NCBI GenBank assembly: GCA_021772695.1
Contig: JAJFLL010000230.1
Coordinates: 1 to 28,001 of the forward strand
DNA: 28,001 nucleotides
Reading direction: 5' to 3'
Source of the DNA: Deltaproteobacteria bacterium
GTDB lineage: Bacteria; UBA10199; DSSB01
The notes under the pieces are model-generated. The model had not been told where the DNA came from and made no database searches. It saw nothing but the letters and a program-made list of their open reading frames with translations. The position numbers and the translations under genes were made by a program. Numbering within the stretch: position 1 is the first letter of the stretch; the number at the start of each line of letters is the position of its first letter. This document shows positions 26,345 through 28,001 of the stretch, piece by piece.

Positions 26345-26538
26345 AAGTCTTCTCCTTGCTTTGTTCGTTTAGTGGATGGTCAATAATAATGTAGTGCCAA
26401 GAAATTTGTGAGTCAGAAACCAAGTGTTAAAAAAAAATGACTCCATTAAGCACCAAATAAGACGGAGGTCTTTCCCACTCCTTTTAATTTATATCAATCG
26501 GAACCTTGACTTGCATATTTTGTAAATGAGGGGCCATA

Positions 26539-28001
26539 ATGCGCCTTATGCAATTTATTTTACGCCTCAGTGTATTGTTGGTTATCTTTGGTGGTTTCAC
26601 CGTCCCTGCTTCGGCCAGGGCGGCTATTTATACGGTGGACACCGTCGCAGACGATCCAGCTCTTACCACCTGTGACCCCGTGGCTCCCGACGATTGTTCC
26701 CTTCGGGGTGCCATCATTAATTCTAATACCTCAGGGACCTTCGATGACGTGGTCCTTCCGGCTGGGGTCTTTACCTTGGCGCTGCCGGGCACCGATGATC
26801 TTGCGGCGGTGGGGGATTTGGATGTTTATCAAAGCGTCAATATTATCGGCCAAGGCTCTAATAATACCCTCATTAATACCGCAGCCAATATGAATGATCG
26901 AATTTTTCACATTTATAGAATGGGCAAAAACTCCATCCCCCTGGTGGTATTGGATGGCCTCACCCTGTCAGGGGGTAGTGAAGAGTTAGGGGGCGGTGTT
27001 TACATTGCAGAGGGTAAGGTGACTTTTTATAAGGTGGAGGTTAGCGATAATACGGCATCCCTAAGTGGTGGTGGCGTATATAATCAATCGGGCACAGTGT
27101 TATTTCAATCCAGTCGGGTGCTGAATAATACGGCGCCGGCGGTGTTTCCCGATACGGAGTGCGGGGCAGGGATCTACAATTCGAATGGCGAGGTGGTCCT
27201 TGATAGTTCGGAGGTAAAAAACAACATCGCGGGAGCCAATGGGGGCGGCATTTACAATGACAGTGGGACGATGACCATCACCCATTCCAGTCTTATTAAT
27301 AGTAATGAAAGCACCACTCGATTTGGCGGCGGAATTTATAACGAGTCCGGCACACTGATCCTCAATGAAAATAGTCGCGTGAATTACAATACGGCTTTGG
27401 CTAACTTATTGGGCGATGGCGGGGGCATTTACAACAACGGCGGCCAAGTGGAAATAGATAACGCCAAGGTGAATTTTAACGAGGCCCAGGTCCACGGGGG
27501 TGGTGTAATAAATCGAAAGGGCATCGTGACGATCGCCAATTCCCAGATTCGAAAGAACACGGCCAATCACGGCGCCGGGCTTAGCAATTGGGCTAATTCG
27601 GGAGAATCCGCGGAAATGAGGATTTCCGGGTCCCTCATCAAGGATAATATAGCCCATTTTACGGGCGCGGGGATTCATCAATCCGCCTTGGGCGATGCCA
27701 CCGCCATTTTAAGCGTCGAAGATTCCCAAGTGATAAGAAATTCCTTCTCGGGGACTTGTGGGTTTTGCACCGAGACTGGGGGTGGGATTTTCACGGAAAG
27801 GGTCAATTTAACCTCCACGGTCGAAGTACACCTAAGCGGTTCAACCCTTAAATTTAATAAGGCCACGAAGGGCGGGGGAATTTTTAATGTGGGTTCTTTC
27901 CTGACCGTGGATTCCAGTACCCTCGCCCGAAACACGGCCATTCTGGACGGTGGCGGTATCTTCAACGATGCGCAAGTTTCAGATAATACCTTGGCGATCA
28001 T
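26539..28001 (+). CDS. CSLREA-domain / GGGI-repeat beta-helix exported protein, 3' end runs off the window
   Basis: Not in ORF track; frame open from ATG 26539 (GAGGGG RBS) to the window end. Signal peptide ...ASARA, YTVDTVADD...C...DCSLRGAI, GDLDV, DRIFHI, then repeats. Confidence 0.9.
   Translation, partial: MRLMQFILRLSVLLVIFGGFTVPASARAAIYTVDTVADDPALTTCDPVAPDDCSLRGAIINSNTSGTFDDVVLPAGVFTLALPGTDDLAAVGDLDVYQSVNIIGQGSNNTLINTAANMNDRIFHIYRMGKNSIPLVVLDGLTLSGGSEELGGGVYIAEGKVTFYKVEVSDNTASLSGGGVYNQSGTVLFQSSRVLNNTAPAVFPDTECGAGIYNSNGEVVLDSSEVKNNIAGANGGGIYNDSGTMTITHSSLINSNESTTRFGGGIYNESGTLILNENSRVNYNTALANLLGDGGGIYNNGGQVEIDNAKVNFNEAQVHGGGVINRKGIVTIANSQIRKNTANHGAGLSNWANSGESAEMRISGSLIKDNIAHFTGAGIHQSALGDATAILSVEDSQVIRNSFSGTCGFCTETGGGIFTERVNLTSTVEVHLSGSTLKFNKATKGGGIFNVGSFLTVDSSTLARNTAILDGGGIFNDAQVSDNTLAI
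26989..27966 (+). repeat. Twelve degenerate G(G/A)G(I/V/L)x(N) protein repeats of about 24-36 aa
   Basis: GGGVY, GGGVYN, GAGIYN, GGGIYN x3, GGGVIN, GAGLSN, GAGIH, GGGIF, GGGIFN x2. Most are preceded by an S/N-x-V/I-x-x-N-x-A strand pattern. Repeats are at protein level; the DNA is diverged. Confidence 0.85.

Noticed and set aside
26570-28001. Track ORFs 26570-26893, 27100-27285, 27406-27681, 27678-28001
   Set aside because: Alternative or antisense frames of the single CSLREA/beta-helix gene starting at 26539.

Overview
Gene-dense bacterial chromosomal window, probably from a Gram-negative (diderm) organism: it encodes an outer-membrane beta-barrel and several lipoboxes. I saw no rRNA, tRNA, CRISPR array, integrase or transposase. 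The left half (1-12.9 kb) is mostly housekeeping and stress genes: a 3'-truncated Zn-dependent dehydrogenase, patatin, hemL, a lipoprotein/phosphorylase/lipoprotein operon, htpX, an exported msrA, DUF167, DUF1328, CsbD, several orphan exported proteins and the ABC-F protein Uup. The right half (13.5-28 kb) looks accessory. It holds a soluble PAS kinase with a NarL-type regulator, a lipoprotein pair (atypical alpha/beta-hydrolase and PQQ-type beta-propeller dehydrogenase), a tightly linked DUF3604 / parvulin-like / HupE-UreJ operon, a type II P-type ATPase, a VOC/PhnB protein and a 3'-truncated CSLREA/GGGI-repeat beta-helix surface protein. Four real-looking genes are absent from the supplied ORF track: the two edge-truncated genes, DUF1328 (7876-8046) and a 57-aa secreted Cys-rich peptide (9516-9689). 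The best leads are the uncharacterised DUF3604 triad, the knottin-like peptide and the hydrolase/PQQ-dehydrogenase pair. All family assignments come from motif recognition by eye; no database search was run.
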